Shown piece by piece: positions 9,615-21,703 of a DNA stretch of 64,000 nucleotides. This DNA is from Rickettsia typhi. GTDB taxonomy: Bacteria > Pseudomonadota > Alphaproteobacteria > Rickettsiales > JABSSG01. Under the pieces are notes generated by a model. It had not been told where the DNA came from and ran no database searches. It saw only the letters and a program-made list of their open reading frames with translations. The position numbers and the translations under genes are program-made. The DNA lies in contig CAMDPW010000001.1 in assembly GCA_945905715.1 (NCBI GenBank), positions 17,221 through 81,220 of the forward strand, given 5' to 3'. Position 1 is the first letter of the stretch. Each line of letters opens with the position of its first letter.

Positions 9615-11122
9615 TGTTTTCCATAATCAAAAATATTTTACGACTTATTAAAATAGGATTTGTGCTATATAAAAATGGTGCATTATTTATTTTATATGAT
9701 CTCAAAATTGCACCAACTATATGTAATATAGCGAGATTAATGCCGTTGCAATCTACTCATAATAGGAAAGGAGAGAGGCTAGCAAAAGCTTTAGAAGAAC
9801 TAGGTCCTGTTTTTATTAAATTTGGCCAAACATTAGCTACAAGATCCGATATAATTGGTGAAGAGATCGCAAATGACTTAGCTAAGCTGCAAGATAAATT
9901 ACCTCCATCTGTAAATTTTAAAGCGTCAGAGGAGATCGAAAGGGAGTTGCATGTTAAAATTGACAGTATTTTTTCTGATTTCAATAATAAAGCAGTAGCA
10001 GCAGCTTCGATTGCTGAAGTATTTAAAGCTACTACTACAGAAGGAAAGATAGTTGCAGTAAAAATTCTAAGGCAGGGGATTGAAAAGCAATTTGCTAGAG
10101 ATATTCAGTTGTTTTTTTGGCTAGCACACTTAATAGAGCGCAAACTACCATTTACTAAAAGACTTAAACCTATCGAGGTAGTGAAGACATTTGCCCAAAC
10201 TGTAAAAATAGAGATGGATCTTAGGTTAGAAGGAGCAGCAGCATCTGAACTAAAGGAGAACTTAGAAAATGATAAGGGTGTATATATACCAGAGATAGAT
10301 TGGCAAAGAACTTCTAAAAGAGTCTTAACTATTGAATGGATAGAAGGTATTCCTATTCATGACACTAAAAAATTAGTTGAACAGGGTTTTAATTTAAAAA
10401 TACTATGTAAGAATTTTGCTATTTTATTTTTCAATCAAGCTTATAGAGATGGTTTTTTTCATGCAGATCTTCATCCAGGGAATGTCTTGGTAGATAAGCT
10501 AGGTAGGATAGTGTTAATAGATTTTGGTATTATGGGAAGGCTTGACAAGAAAACGCGAATTTATATTACCGAAATTTTAAGAGGGTTTTTGCAAAGAGAT
10601 TATTTATATGTAGCCAAAGTGCATTTTGCAGCTGGTTACGTTCCAAGTAATCAATCACTATATTCTTTTGCGCAAGCATGTAGGTCTGTTGGCGAGATAA
10701 TAGTGGGTGTGCAGTCTAATAAAATTTCAGTTGCAAAATTACTATCTCATTTATTTCAAGTAACCAAAGCATTTGAAATGGAAACACAGCCACAGCTACT
10801 TTTAATTCAAAAAACAACCGTCTTAGTAGAAGGTGTTGGTCTAATGCTAAACCCTGAAGTTAACGTATGGACACTAGCAGGACCTTGGATCGAGCAATGG
10901 GCAAGTCAAAATATTGGTTTTGATGCCAAAATAGTTGATGCAATTGTAGATTACGCTGAATTTTTTAGACACACATTGCCAAAATATATTCAAGAAATAA
11001 TAAAAAATTCTAATGATCGCACCATAGCTACAAAGCAGCAATGTTACAATTTTTCCGATCTAATATTGACAGCAATTATAGCTGCAGCCTTAACATTTTT
11101 AATTTTAAAAATATATCAATGA
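9614..11122 (+). CDS. ubiB: UbiB (ABC1 atypical kinase-like, ubiquinone biosynthesis)
   Basis: It carries FIKFGQTLATRSDI and HADLHPGN and ends in a C-terminal TM helix. It sits immediately downstream of ubiE. Confidence 0.9.
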   Translation: MFSIIKNILRLIKIGFVLYKNGALFILYDLKIAPTICNIARLMPLQSTHNRKGERLAKALEELGPVFIKFGQTLATRSDIIGEEIANDLAKLQDKLPPSVNFKASEEIERELHVKIDSIFSDFNNKAVAAASIAEVFKATTTEGKIVAVKILRQGIEKQFARDIQLFFWLAHLIERKLPFTKRLKPIEVVKTFAQTVKIEMDLRLEGAAASELKENLENDKGVYIPEIDWQRTSKRVLTIEWIEGIPIHDTKKLVEQGFNLKILCKNFAILFFNQAYRDGFFHADLHPGNVLVDKLGRIVLIDFGIMGRLDKKTRIYITEILRGFLQRDYLYVAKVHFAAGYVPSNQSLYSFAQACRSVGEIIVGVQSNKISVAKLLSHLFQVTKAFEMETQPQLLLIQKTTVLVEGVGLMLNPEVNVWTLAGPWIEQWASQNIGFDAKIVDAIVDYAEFFRHTLPKYIQEIIKNSNDRTIATKQQCYNFSDLILTAIIAAALTFLILKIYQ

Positions 11123-11910
11123 AAATAGCTACCTGGAACATTAACTCTATCAGAGCTAGGTTAGCATCAATTGTTAAATTTATTGAGACACATGCGCCAG
11201 ATGTATTATGTTTACAAGAAATTAAGGTAAAGGATGAGCTATTTCCTATACAAGCTATGCTAGATTTGGGGTTTAGTTATTTTGTTATTCGGGGTGAAAA
11301 GTCTTATAATGGATTAGCAATTTTTTCTAAATATCCTTTAGAATCACACCAATTTATATCATTTGCAGGTAAACAAGATTCTAGACACCTATCAGTGACA
11401 TTGCCTGGAGACATTGAGTTGCATAATATTTACATACCAGCAGGTGGTGATATTCCTGATCATGAATTAAATAATAAATTTGCACACAAGTTACGATTCA
11501 TCGATGAGCTAAGTGACTGGTTTAAAGAAAATAAGAAAAAAGATAAAAAAATAATTTTACTTGGTGATTTCAACGTAGCCCCTCTTAAAAATGATGTGTG
11601 GTCACACAAACAATTATTAAATGTAGTCAGCCATACGCCAATTGAAGTAGAGAAATTGTTAGCATTACAAAATTCAATTAGTTTTGTTGATGTAGTGCGT
11701 AAATCTGTGCCAGAAAGTGAAAAACTATATAGTTGGTGGAGTTACCGTAACCATGATTGGAAAACATTTAATCGAGGAAGGCGTCTAGATCACATTTGGG
11801 TTACAAAGCCTTTAGAATCACAAGTACGAAATTCATTTATATACACAGAAACTCGTGATTATTTAAGTCCGTCAGATCATGTTCCTGTAGTAATTGATAT
11901 TACACTTTAG
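11119..11910 (+). CDS. xthA: Exodeoxyribonuclease III
   Basis: It carries MKIATWNINSIRAR, LCLQE, GDFNV and SDHVP. I chose the ATG at 11119 (an ATGA overlap with the ubiB stop) over the track start at 11041. Confidence 0.9.
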   Translation: MKIATWNINSIRARLASIVKFIETHAPDVLCLQEIKVKDELFPIQAMLDLGFSYFVIRGEKSYNGLAIFSKYPLESHQFISFAGKQDSRHLSVTLPGDIELHNIYIPAGGDIPDHELNNKFAHKLRFIDELSDWFKENKKKDKKIILLGDFNVAPLKNDVWSHKQLLNVVSHTPIEVEKLLALQNSISFVDVVRKSVPESEKLYSWWSYRNHDWKTFNRGRRLDHIWVTKPLESQVRNSFIYTETRDYLSPSDHVPVVIDITL

Positions 11911-11982
11911 GTAGTATAAATCTTTAGATACAAAATTCTATAATTTTGAATACTCATTTAATAACGTTTTTTCATTTCATTA

Positions 11983-13800
11983 TTACTCAACTGTTACGGA
12001 TTTTGCTAAATTTCTTGGTTGATCGATATCCAGATTTTTATTTGCAGCGATATGATAAGCCAGTAGTTGCAGTGGTACTGTATAAATAATAGGAGCAATA
12101 AAATCATCGCAATTATTAACTATAATAGTTTTAGAGCAAATATCTTTCAGAGCGCTACACCCTTGTTTATTGCTGAGTAAAATAATTTTACCTTTCCTTG
12201 CAGCTATTGATTGAATATTAGACATTATTTTTGTAAATAAGGTGTCATAAGGTGCTATTGCAATTGTATACATGTTTTCATCTATTAAGGCAATTGATCC
12301 ATGCTTTAATTCTCCTGCAGCAACAGCTTCAGCATGAATATATGAAATCTCTTTTAATTTTAGTGCACCCTCTAAAGCGATAGCGTAATAAGCTCCTCTA
12401 CCAATATATATCACATTTTGACTACCTGTCAGTTTATTAGCTACGATTTGTATTTCTTGTTCGTGATTCAGTATCTCCGATATTCTGCCTGGTAATTCTT
12501 GCAATACTGCGCATGAGTTTTGTAATTTTTTGTCAGTGATTGTATTGCGTATTTTGGCTATACTTAAAGCGAAACATGCAAGAGTAATCAATTGAGCAAT
12601 AAATGCTTTAGTCGATGCTACGCCAACTTCAATTCCCGCATGAATTAGTAAATGCGCATCTGTTTCTCTTACTAATGTACTTTGAGCAGCATTCACAATG
12701 CTAAGTGTGCGACAGTTGAATGTTTTTGCTAGCTCTAAAGATGCAATGGTGTCAGCTGTTTCACCAGATTGGGAAATAAATATAGCTAGCGTGTTTGTGG
12801 CAAGAGGTAATGATCTGCAACGAAATTCAGAAGCAATTTCAACCTCAGTCGGTATCATGGATATCTCTTGTAACCAATGCCTTGCAACCATTCCTGCAAA
12901 ATAAGATGTACCACAAGCGATTATACATATTCTATTTATTTTTTTTAAATCAAATGGCAATTTAGGTAAGATCAATTTGTTTTTTACAATATAAGCATCA
13001 ATAGTTTTTTTGCTTATTAGTGGTTGTTCATAAATTTCTTTTAGCATATAATGCTTAAAATGTCCTTTATTATAGTCAGTAATAGTTTTGTCGAGCTTGA
13101 CTTCAACACGATGTACTCGATTACCATGAATATCAAAAATATTAATATTATCTTTTTGAAGTACCGCAATATCACCATTTTCTAAATAAATAACATTATC
13201 AGTAAATGAAGCTAAAGAGTAAGCATCTGAGCCAACAAAAGTTCCTTCTTTAGTTTTGCTGATTGCTATTGGTGCTGATTGCTTGGTGACGATCATAATA
13301 TCTGGATGATCAGCAAAAATAGCGAGTACCGCAAACGCTCCTTTTAATTGTGTTACAGCGCTGCTAGTTGCTTCAAAAGGGGTATCTCCTAATCTAATAT
13401 ATTTGTTAATTAGTTGTAGTATAACTTCACTATCAGTATCAGAGTCGAACTTTATCCCTTCTTCTACAAGCAGATTTCTTAGGGTGTCATAATTTTCGAT
13501 GATGCCATTATGAACTATAGATACCGTATCGGTAGAATGTGGGTGTGCGTTTTTAGAATTCGCTTCGCCATGCGTGGCCCACCTGGTATGTGCAATACCT
13601 ATATGGCCATCGCAAGTGCTGTGCTCTAGTTTTTCCTTCAGTGCTACTACTTTACCACAGGCTTTAACTGTACAAATAGCGCGTTCTTTAATACACGCTA
13701 TACCAGCTGAGTCATATCCTCTGTATTCTAACTTGCTTAGTCCTTTAATCAATTTGTCAGCGACATTACTGTAACTATTAATTCCTACAATTCCACACAT
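11983..13800 (-). CDS. glmS: Glutamine--fructose-6-phosphate aminotransferase
   Basis: It starts with the MCGIVG N-terminal nucleophile. It has two SIS domains (SQSGETADT) and ends in KSVTVE. Confidence 0.95.
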   Translation of the reverse strand: MCGIVGINSYSNVADKLIKGLSKLEYRGYDSAGIACIKERAICTVKACGKVVALKEKLEHSTCDGHIGIAHTRWATHGEANSKNAHPHSTDTVSIVHNGIIENYDTLRNLLVEEGIKFDSDTDSEVILQLINKYIRLGDTPFEATSSAVTQLKGAFAVLAIFADHPDIMIVTKQSAPIAISKTKEGTFVGSDAYSLASFTDNVIYLENGDIAVLQKDNINIFDIHGNRVHRVEVKLDKTITDYNKGHFKHYMLKEIYEQPLISKKTIDAYIVKNKLILPKLPFDLKKINRICIIACGTSYFAGMVARHWLQEISMIPTEVEIASEFRCRSLPLATNTLAIFISQSGETADTIASLELAKTFNCRTLSIVNAAQSTLVRETDAHLLIHAGIEVGVASTKAFIAQLITLACFALSIAKIRNTITDKKLQNSCAVLQELPGRISEILNHEQEIQIVANKLTGSQNVIYIGRGAYYAIALEGALKLKEISYIHAEAVAAGELKHGSIALIDENMYTIAIAPYDTLFTKIMSNIQSIAARKGKIILLSNKQGCSALKDICSKTIIVNNCDDFIAPIIYTVPLQLLAYHIAANKNLDIDQPRNLAKSVTVE

Positions 13801-14044
13801 GATATTTCTAAATTGATTTAATAAACGTGAAAGTAATGAATTTTATTAAAAAATACAACTAGCAAGTTTTGATTTTTGATCAAAAAAGTTACTTAATACT
13901 AAGATAACCACAATAATCAGCTATTAAAGAGTTATTCTGTAATGAATTTATTTGTCTATGAGTATTATTACATTATAGTGCATTGATAATGACTATTTAT
14001 AAAATGTAAATTTCTAGTGCAGTTAATTCCTATGTTTAACCAAA

Positions 14045-16036
14045 ATGACCGAGAATCTCAGTAAGAATGGTAGCGAAGTTCAAGTGTTATTGCCGTTGCT
14101 TAGTGGTAAGGCAATTTTTGATTATGCAGTGCCAGATCATTTAGATGTAGTAATAGGTGATTTTGTTTTGGTATCTTTTCGTAAAAAAGAGGTGGTAGGC
14201 ATAGTATGGTCATTTGTCAAAACAGAAATTCATTTGGCAAAATTAAAAAAAATTATAAATAAATATAATTTGCCAACTCTTACTGATAAACATCTAAGAT
14301 TTATTAAATTTATTGCTGACTATACTATGTCTTGTTATGGAGCGGTACTAAAAATGATGATGCCGTTGCAAAGTAGTTTTGCTTTTACAAGTGATCAAAA
14401 TAACGAAAAGAAAGAGCTTAAGTATATTTCACCAAATTTTAGTGATAAACAACAGCAAGTTATAGATTGTTTGACCTCCAACATTAATATAGGTTATAGC
14501 GTGAACTTACTAGACGGGGTTACTGGCTCTGGTAAAACAGAGGTGTATTTTGCAATTATTGACGAATTACTACAAAAACAAGATAAACAAGTTTTAGTTC
14601 TGTTGCCAGAGATTATGTTAACTAATCAGCTGATTCAGAGATTTGAGAGTAGATTTGGTTTTATTCCAGCTAAATGGCATTCACATATGACTCCAGCGCA
14701 GAAAAAAAAATTATGGCTTAATATATTAGTTGGCAAAGAGAAATTAGTAATTGGCGCACGAAGCGCATTATTTTTGCCTTATTGCAACTTGGCATTGGTA
14801 ATAGTAGATGAGGAACATGATATGTCCTACAAGCAAGAGGATGGAGTAATTTATAATGCACGAGATGCTGCCGTTGCTTGCGGGTATATATATAAATTTC
14901 CAGTAATATTATCTTCAGCAACCCCTTCAATAGAAACTTTAGCCAATGTTAAGTTAGGTAAGTATAATCATCTTACTTTACCTACAAGATTTGGCGTAGA
15001 ATCTTTGCCAAATATTGAAGTTATAGATATGCGACAAGAGAAACTGGCTAAAAATACCTGGATATCATCTAAATTGTTAAGAGCTATAAATTCTGCATTG
15101 CAAAAACAAAAACAGGTAATGTTGTTTTTGAATAGGAGGGGCTATGCTCCCATTACTTTGTGTAGGGCTTGCGGGCATAAATTCCATTGCCATAGTTGTT
15201 CAGCGTATCTTGTAAGTCATGCTGACAGCGATACACTTGCTTGCCATCATTGCGGCTTTGTTCTCAAGCAAAGCAATAAATGTATTAGCTGTGATCAAGA
15301 AGAGAGTTTAATTAAGTGTGGACCTGGAGTTGAAAGAATAGCTGAAGAAATCAAAAATCTCATTCCACTTGCAAGAGTATTAATTATAACTAAAGATACT
15401 GTTATAGATGAAGAATCTGCTCAAGAGATCATAGCTAGTATTTTAGCAAAAAAAGTAGATATTGTCATAGGTACCCAAATGATAAGTAAAGGACATGATT
15501 TTCCAGACATTGAAGTGGTGGGTATTATAGATGCTGATCTAGGTTTAATGAGCGCAGACTTACGTTCAGCAGAAAAAACTTATCAGCTACTTACGCAGAT
15601 GAGTGGTAGGGCTGGCAGGAGGGAACAAGGAAGGGCATTAATTCAGACTTATTATCCAGACAACCAACTTTTAAATAGTTTACTTAAAAATGATCGTGAT
15701 CAATTTACCAATCATGAGTTGCAAAATAGAAAAATTCTTAACATGCCACCTTTTGGGAAGTTATCTGCAATTATATTGAGTGGTATGCAAGAGGAAAAGC
15801 TTCGCATATTTGCAAACGAAATGCTAAAGAAGGCTCCAGTTTCACAAGGAGTAACAGTGCTAGGGCCAGTGAAGGCTCCACTCGCAAAAATTCGTAAACG
15901 CTACAGGTATAGATTTTTAGTTAAAAGCAAGCTAGATATTAAAGTGCAGAAATTTATTAGTTATTGGCTTGATCAGCTACAAATTCCTAGCAATATTAGG
16001 ATTAAAATTGATATTGATCCTTATAATTTTTTATAG
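14045..16036 (+). CDS. priA: Primosomal protein N' (replication restart helicase)
   Basis: It has Walker A GVTGSGKTE and a DEEH box. It also has a Cys-rich zinc region: CRACGHKFHCHSC...CHHCG...CISC. Confidence 0.9.
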   Translation: MTENLSKNGSEVQVLLPLLSGKAIFDYAVPDHLDVVIGDFVLVSFRKKEVVGIVWSFVKTEIHLAKLKKIINKYNLPTLTDKHLRFIKFIADYTMSCYGAVLKMMMPLQSSFAFTSDQNNEKKELKYISPNFSDKQQQVIDCLTSNINIGYSVNLLDGVTGSGKTEVYFAIIDELLQKQDKQVLVLLPEIMLTNQLIQRFESRFGFIPAKWHSHMTPAQKKKLWLNILVGKEKLVIGARSALFLPYCNLALVIVDEEHDMSYKQEDGVIYNARDAAVACGYIYKFPVILSSATPSIETLANVKLGKYNHLTLPTRFGVESLPNIEVIDMRQEKLAKNTWISSKLLRAINSALQKQKQVMLFLNRRGYAPITLCRACGHKFHCHSCSAYLVSHADSDTLACHHCGFVLKQSNKCISCDQEESLIKCGPGVERIAEEIKNLIPLARVLIITKDTVIDEESAQEIIASILAKKVDIVIGTQMISKGHDFPDIEVVGIIDADLGLMSADLRSAEKTYQLLTQMSGRAGRREQGRALIQTYYPDNQLLNSLLKNDRDQFTNHELQNRKILNMPPFGKLSAIILSGMQEEKLRIFANEMLKKAPVSQGVTVLGPVKAPLAKIRKRYRYRFLVKSKLDIKVQKFISYWLDQLQIPSNIRIKIDIDPYNFL

Positions 16037-16114
16037 TAGTTTTTAGGAACTTGCAGACATGTTAAAACTATGTTAGCTTGAATAAAGAAAATATCTCGAG
16101 GATATGTAACTTAA

Positions 16115-16666
16115 ATGATATACGATTTAAACCTGATAGATAGATATGCTAGAGCATTGTATCAGGTGGCTGGTACAAATAATAAATTAATACATGTCGT
16201 TAAGGACTTGAGTGTTTTTCAGCAAATTATGTATGCTTTACCAAAATACTTTGTTTTTTTGAGTGCAGTGATTAGTAAATTTGCAATGCAAAAATCAGCA
16301 ATACAAACCTTAGCTCAACATTACAAGTTAAATGGAATAACGCTTAATTTCTTATTAGTTGTATGCAAGAACGGTAAGCTTGGTTGCTTACAACTGATTT
16401 TAACACGTTTTTTTGAGATTAACCAAGAAGACAAAGGAATACAAATAGTAGAAATTAAATCTGCAACAACATTGACTGAAAACCAAATAAAAGATTTAGA
16501 ACAACATTTTGAGAAAGAAGAAAAGAAAAAAAATTTATTAAAATTAGTTGTTGATCCAAGAATACTTGGAGGACTCATTATAAAAAGTGGCTCTAAAGTA
16601 ATAGATAATTCAATTATCAATAAAGTTAATAAAATGAGATTTAATACCGTGGATTTTATTAATTAA
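16115..16666 (+). CDS. atpH: F1 ATP synthase subunit delta (OSCP)
   Basis: It carries RYARALYQVA. Its size and its position directly upstream of atpA also fit. Confidence 0.8.
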   Translation: MIYDLNLIDRYARALYQVAGTNNKLIHVVKDLSVFQQIMYALPKYFVFLSAVISKFAMQKSAIQTLAQHYKLNGITLNFLLVVCKNGKLGCLQLILTRFFEINQEDKGIQIVEIKSATTLTENQIKDLEQHFEKEEKKKNLLKLVVDPRILGGLIIKSGSKVIDNSIINKVNKMRFNTVDFIN

Positions 16667-16712
16667 TCAATGATGATAGCAAGGCTTAAAGTAAATAAAT
16701 TTGAGGATGAAG

Positions 16713-18248
16713 ATGGAAATTAAAGCATCAGAAGTTATGGGAGTTCTAAAAAAGCAAATCGAGAATTTTGAGAATTTGCCTGAATTTAAAGAGGTTGGTC
16801 AAATATTATCAGTTGGTGATGGTATAGCTAAAATTTATGGTCTTGAATCAGTTCAGTCAAGTGAGATGGTTGAATTTGAAAGCGGCGCACTTGGAATGGC
16901 ATTGAATCTTGAGCGAGATAGCGTTGGCGTTGTAATTTTTGGTGAAGATAGCAAGATTAAAGAGGGCGAGACCGTTAAGAGAACAGGAAAGATTGTTCAA
17001 GTACCAGTGGGTGAAGGTCTATTAGGCAGGGTAGTTGATGCGTTAGGTAACCCTATTGACGGTAAAGGGCCATTAAAAAATGTTAAATACGTTCCTGTAG
17101 AAGTAAAGGCTCCTGGCATTGTAGCCAGACAGTCTGTTTATGAGCCAGTTCAAACCGGGATTAAAGCTATTGATGCGCTAATACCAATAGGTAGAGGACA
17201 GCGGGAATTAATAATTGGTGATAGACAAACAGGCAAAACTGCTATTGCAATTGATACAATTTTAAATCAAAAAAAAGCTCATATTGATAAAGATAACAAT
17301 AATGAACTATATTGCATCTATGTAGCTATAGGTCAAAAACAATCAACAGTAGCACATATTGTTAAAAAATTAGAAGAAGAAGGAGCTTTATCTTATACTA
17401 TAGTAGTCGTAGCTTCCGCTTCTGATCCTGCGCCAATGCAATTTTTAGCTCCTTATACAGGGTGTGCCACGGGTGAATATTTTAGAGATAATAAAAAACA
17501 TGCGTTAATCATATATGATGATTTATCTAAACATGCTGTGGCTTATAGGCAAATGTCACTGTTATTACGAAGACCTCCAGGAAGAGAGGCTTATCCTGGA
17601 GATGTGTTTTTTTTGCATTCTCGCTTGTTAGAAAGAGCTGCTAAGATGTCTGATAAAAATGGAGGAGGATCATTAACTGCTCTGCCTATTATTGAGACTC
17701 AAGCAGGTGATGTTTCAGCTTATATTCCAACTAATGTGATTTCCATTACTGATGGTCAAATCTATCTTGAAACTGAGTTGTTTTATAAGGGCATTCGACC
17801 TGCACTGAATGTTGGTTTGTCTGTTAGTCGAGTTGGTTCTGCTGCTCAAATCAAAGCAATGAAACAAGTGGCTGGCTCTATTAAATTAGATTTAGCTCAG
17901 TTTAGGGAGATGGAAGCATTTGCTCAATTTAGCTCAGATCTTGATGAGGTAACACAAAAGATGTTAACTCGCGGTCAGAAACTAACCATATTACTAAAAC
18001 AAAATCAATATGCTCCATTGCCTGTTGAGGAGCAAGTGGTACTGCTTTATTCTGGTGTAAAAGGCTATCTTGATAGTATAAATACTAAAGATGTTCAGCG
18101 TTTTGAGAGAGAGTTTTTATTTTTTATGCGAGAAAAAGATAAAGCAAAAATATTAGCAAAAATAGCGCTTGAGAAGAATCTTACTGTCGAAACAGAAGTC
18201 ATTTTAAAAGAGATATTAACTCAATTTGTAAAGCATTTTTCACAATAA
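16713..18248 (+). CDS. atpA: F1 ATP synthase subunit alpha
   Basis: It has Walker [10 protein letters not shown] chose ATG 16713, which lies 5 nt after GAGGA, although the ORF opens at TTG 16701. Confidence 0.95.
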   Translation: MEIKASEVMGVLKKQIENFENLPEFKEVGQILSVGDGIAKIYGLESVQSSEMVEFESGALGMALNLERDSVGVVIFGEDSKIKEGETVKRTGKIVQVPVGEGLLGRVVDALGNPIDGKGPLKNVKYVPVEVKAPGIVARQSVYEPVQTGIKAIDALIPIGRGQRELIIGDRQTGKTAIAIDTILNQKKAHIDKDNNNELYCIYVAIGQKQSTVAHIVKKLEEEGALSYTIVVVASASDPAPMQFLAPYTGCATGEYFRDNKKHALIIYDDLSKHAVAYRQMSLLLRRPPGREAYPGDVFFLHSRLLERAAKMSDKNGGGSLTALPIIETQAGDVSAYIPTNVISITDGQIYLETELFYKGIRPALNVGLSVSRVGSAAQIKAMKQVAGSIKLDLAQFREMEAFAQFSSDLDEVTQKMLTRGQKLTILLKQNQYAPLPVEEQVVLLYSGVKGYLDSINTKDVQRFEREFLFFMREKDKAKILAKIALEKNLTVETEVILKEILTQFVKHFSQ

Positions 18249-18260
18249 TTTGTAAACTCT

Positions 18261-19136
18261 ATGGCAAACTTAAAAGATTTAAAATTACGAATCAGAAGTG
18301 TAAAATCTACGCAGAAAATTACTAAAGCTATGAAAATGGTGTCTGCTTCCAAATTGCGCAGAGCAAAAGAAGCCATCGAAACCAATAGGCCATATACTGA
18401 AAAAATGAATGAGATTACTAAAGTTGTAGCTAGTCATATAGAGAATGCGCATTCTATTTCTTTGTTTTATGGAAAGAAAGATATTAAAGATATTGTCTTT
18501 ATTGTGATAACATCTGATCGTGGTTTGTGTGGAGCGCTCAATAGCTCTGTAGTGAGATTGATTAAACGAAAACTTGCTGAATCAAAATCTCAAGGCCATA
18601 TAGTTAAAGTGTTATGTATTGGCAAAAAAGGCTTTGAGCAGTTAGCGATACTAAAAGATACAGAAATACAATTAGTAGATGATTTTATTTACGGAAAAAA
18701 AATCAGAGTAGAGCCGATTAGAAAACTAGCTAAAGTCTTGGTGAGTGACTATGGAAATTCTATGTTTGACATTTGCTATGTTTTTTTTAATGAGTTTATT
18801 TCATCGGTTTGTTACAATACTACTTTTAAACAAATTATTCCTGTTTTTACCAAACAAGAAACACTAACAGAAAACTTAGATAATCAATTTATATTTGAAC
18901 CAGAGGCAGAAAAAATGGTAGATGATTTGATTGAGCGTAATTTAACAGTAAATTTATTTTCCGTAATATTAGAAAATATTGCAAGTGAACACGGAGCTAG
19001 AATGACCGCGATGGAAAATGCTTCAAGTAATGCTGGCGAAATGATAAAAGATCTAAATATTTTGTACAATAGAAAAAGACAATCTGCTATTACTACCGAA
19101 TTGATAGAGATCATAGCTGGAGCTGAAGCATTGTAA
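18261..19136 (+). CDS. atpG: F1 ATP synthase subunit gamma
   Basis: It starts MANLKDLKLRIRSVKSTQKITKAMKMVSASKLRRA and ends ITTELIEIIAGAEAL. Confidence 0.9.
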   Translation: MANLKDLKLRIRSVKSTQKITKAMKMVSASKLRRAKEAIETNRPYTEKMNEITKVVASHIENAHSISLFYGKKDIKDIVFIVITSDRGLCGALNSSVVRLIKRKLAESKSQGHIVKVLCIGKKGFEQLAILKDTEIQLVDDFIYGKKIRVEPIRKLAKVLVSDYGNSMFDICYVFFNEFISSVCYNTTFKQIIPVFTKQETLTENLDNQFIFEPEAEKMVDDLIERNLTVNLFSVILENIASEHGARMTAMENASSNAGEMIKDLNILYNRKRQSAITTELIEIIAGAEAL

Positions 19137-19155
19137 ATATTAGAATTAAACTTAA

Positions 19156-20589
<1,434 letters not shown>

Positions 20590-20592
20590 CAA

Positions 20593-20910
20593 ATGAGTAA
20601 TCACAAACACGCTCTAAAGCTTCTAATTTTGACCCCGGAAAGAAAGTTTTTGGAAAAAGAAGTGAGCATGGTTACAGTACCAGCCTTTCTTGGAGAGATG
20701 GGTATATTACCAGACCATATCTCTACAGTAGCTGCTCTACAGCCTGGTCTGATCAGGATATACGAAGGTAATGTTGTTGTAGAAGCAGTTTTTGTGAATG
20801 GTGGTTTTATTGAGATTACCCAAGAACAAGTCACAATCTTGATTGAAGACATAATAGAGAAGTCCCAGGTAAACTCTCATGCCTGCATATGCAAAGATGA
20901 AAGAAGTTGA
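20593..20910 (+). CDS. atpC: F1 ATP synthase subunit epsilon (short; C-terminal helical domain apparently in another frame)
   Basis: The N-terminal beta-sandwich pattern LKLLILTPERKFLEKEVSMVTVPAFLGEMGILPDH is present, and the gene follows atpD. Confidence 0.8.
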   Translation: MSNHKHALKLLILTPERKFLEKEVSMVTVPAFLGEMGILPDHISTVAALQPGLIRIYEGNVVVEAVFVNGGFIEITQEQVTILIEDIIEKSQVNSHACICKDERS

Positions 20911-21000
20911 ATTAAAGCTCTTGAATGTAAATGATAATGATTATAAAAAAATTCTTGAACAAGAATATGCCACTTATCAAAAAATGATAGAGATATCTAA

Positions 21001-21645
21001 CTAGTGTGAATTCATTATTTTTTCTAAAATTTCAGCGGTAAGTTTTTTAAATTCCTTAGCAGCTATGCTTCTTGGTTCTGATTCACTGCTGCATAAACCA
21101 TCTATTAAGCACGAAGCAAAAGATACGCGGTTACCAATTTCACTTTTTAGAGGATTAGCAAGCTGTACGCGAATTTCTTTTGCTAACCTTGAATTGCTAT
21201 TAACTTTATTGAGTAAGGTGTAAAATGGTACTTGCTCTCTTTGGCATATATCAATGATTGCTTTAGATGCCCATAAATCTGCTGGACTTGCTTGTACGGG
21301 GACAATGACTAAATCTGAAATTCTTACTGAAGATTTAGTTTCGGTATCAGTGTGAGGTGGGCTATCAATAATCATATAATCGATTGTGGTTTTATACTTT
21401 GATATCTCGTTCGCAATTCGCCAACCTGAAGTGCTTAAAAAATTAATTTTGGTATAATCTTTGCCATAATGATTTTCACGCAATTTATACCATTGCGTTA
21501 GAGTTGCTTGAGGGTCTGTGTCAATTAAAAGAACGTTGTTTCTTTGACTTAAAGCAACAGCTAAATGAGCGGCTACGGTACTTTTTCCTGCGCCACCTTT
21601 TTGCTGAGCGATTGTAATTATTTTACAATCCATAATTTTCTCCAT
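21001..21645 (-). CDS. ParA/MinD-family P-loop ATPase (orphan, small)
   Basis: It has the deviant Walker A QQKGGAGKST, plus LLIDTDPQ and IIDSPP. No ParB-like gene is adjacent. Confidence 0.8.
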   Translation of the reverse strand: MEKIMDCKIITIAQQKGGAGKSTVAAHLAVALSQRNNVLLIDTDPQATLTQWYKLRENHYGKDYTKINFLSTSGWRIANEISKYKTTIDYMIIDSPPHTDTETKSSVRISDLVIVPVQASPADLWASKAIIDICQREQVPFYTLLNKVNSNSRLAKEIRVQLANPLKSEIGNRVSFASCLIDGLCSSESEPRSIAAKEFKKLTAEILEKIMNSH

Positions 21646-21703
21646 ATAATGCTATCAATCATGTATATTCTAGGATGATTTTTCATTAAATTGATAATAA
21701 AAA

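Noticed and set aside
11041-11118. A 26-codon N-terminal extension of xthA in the track ORF.
   Set aside because: The extension overlaps the ubiB C-terminus. Canonical ExoIII proteins start at MK.(A/V)(T/S)WN, which matches the ATG at 11119 in an ATGA overlap with the ubiB stop.
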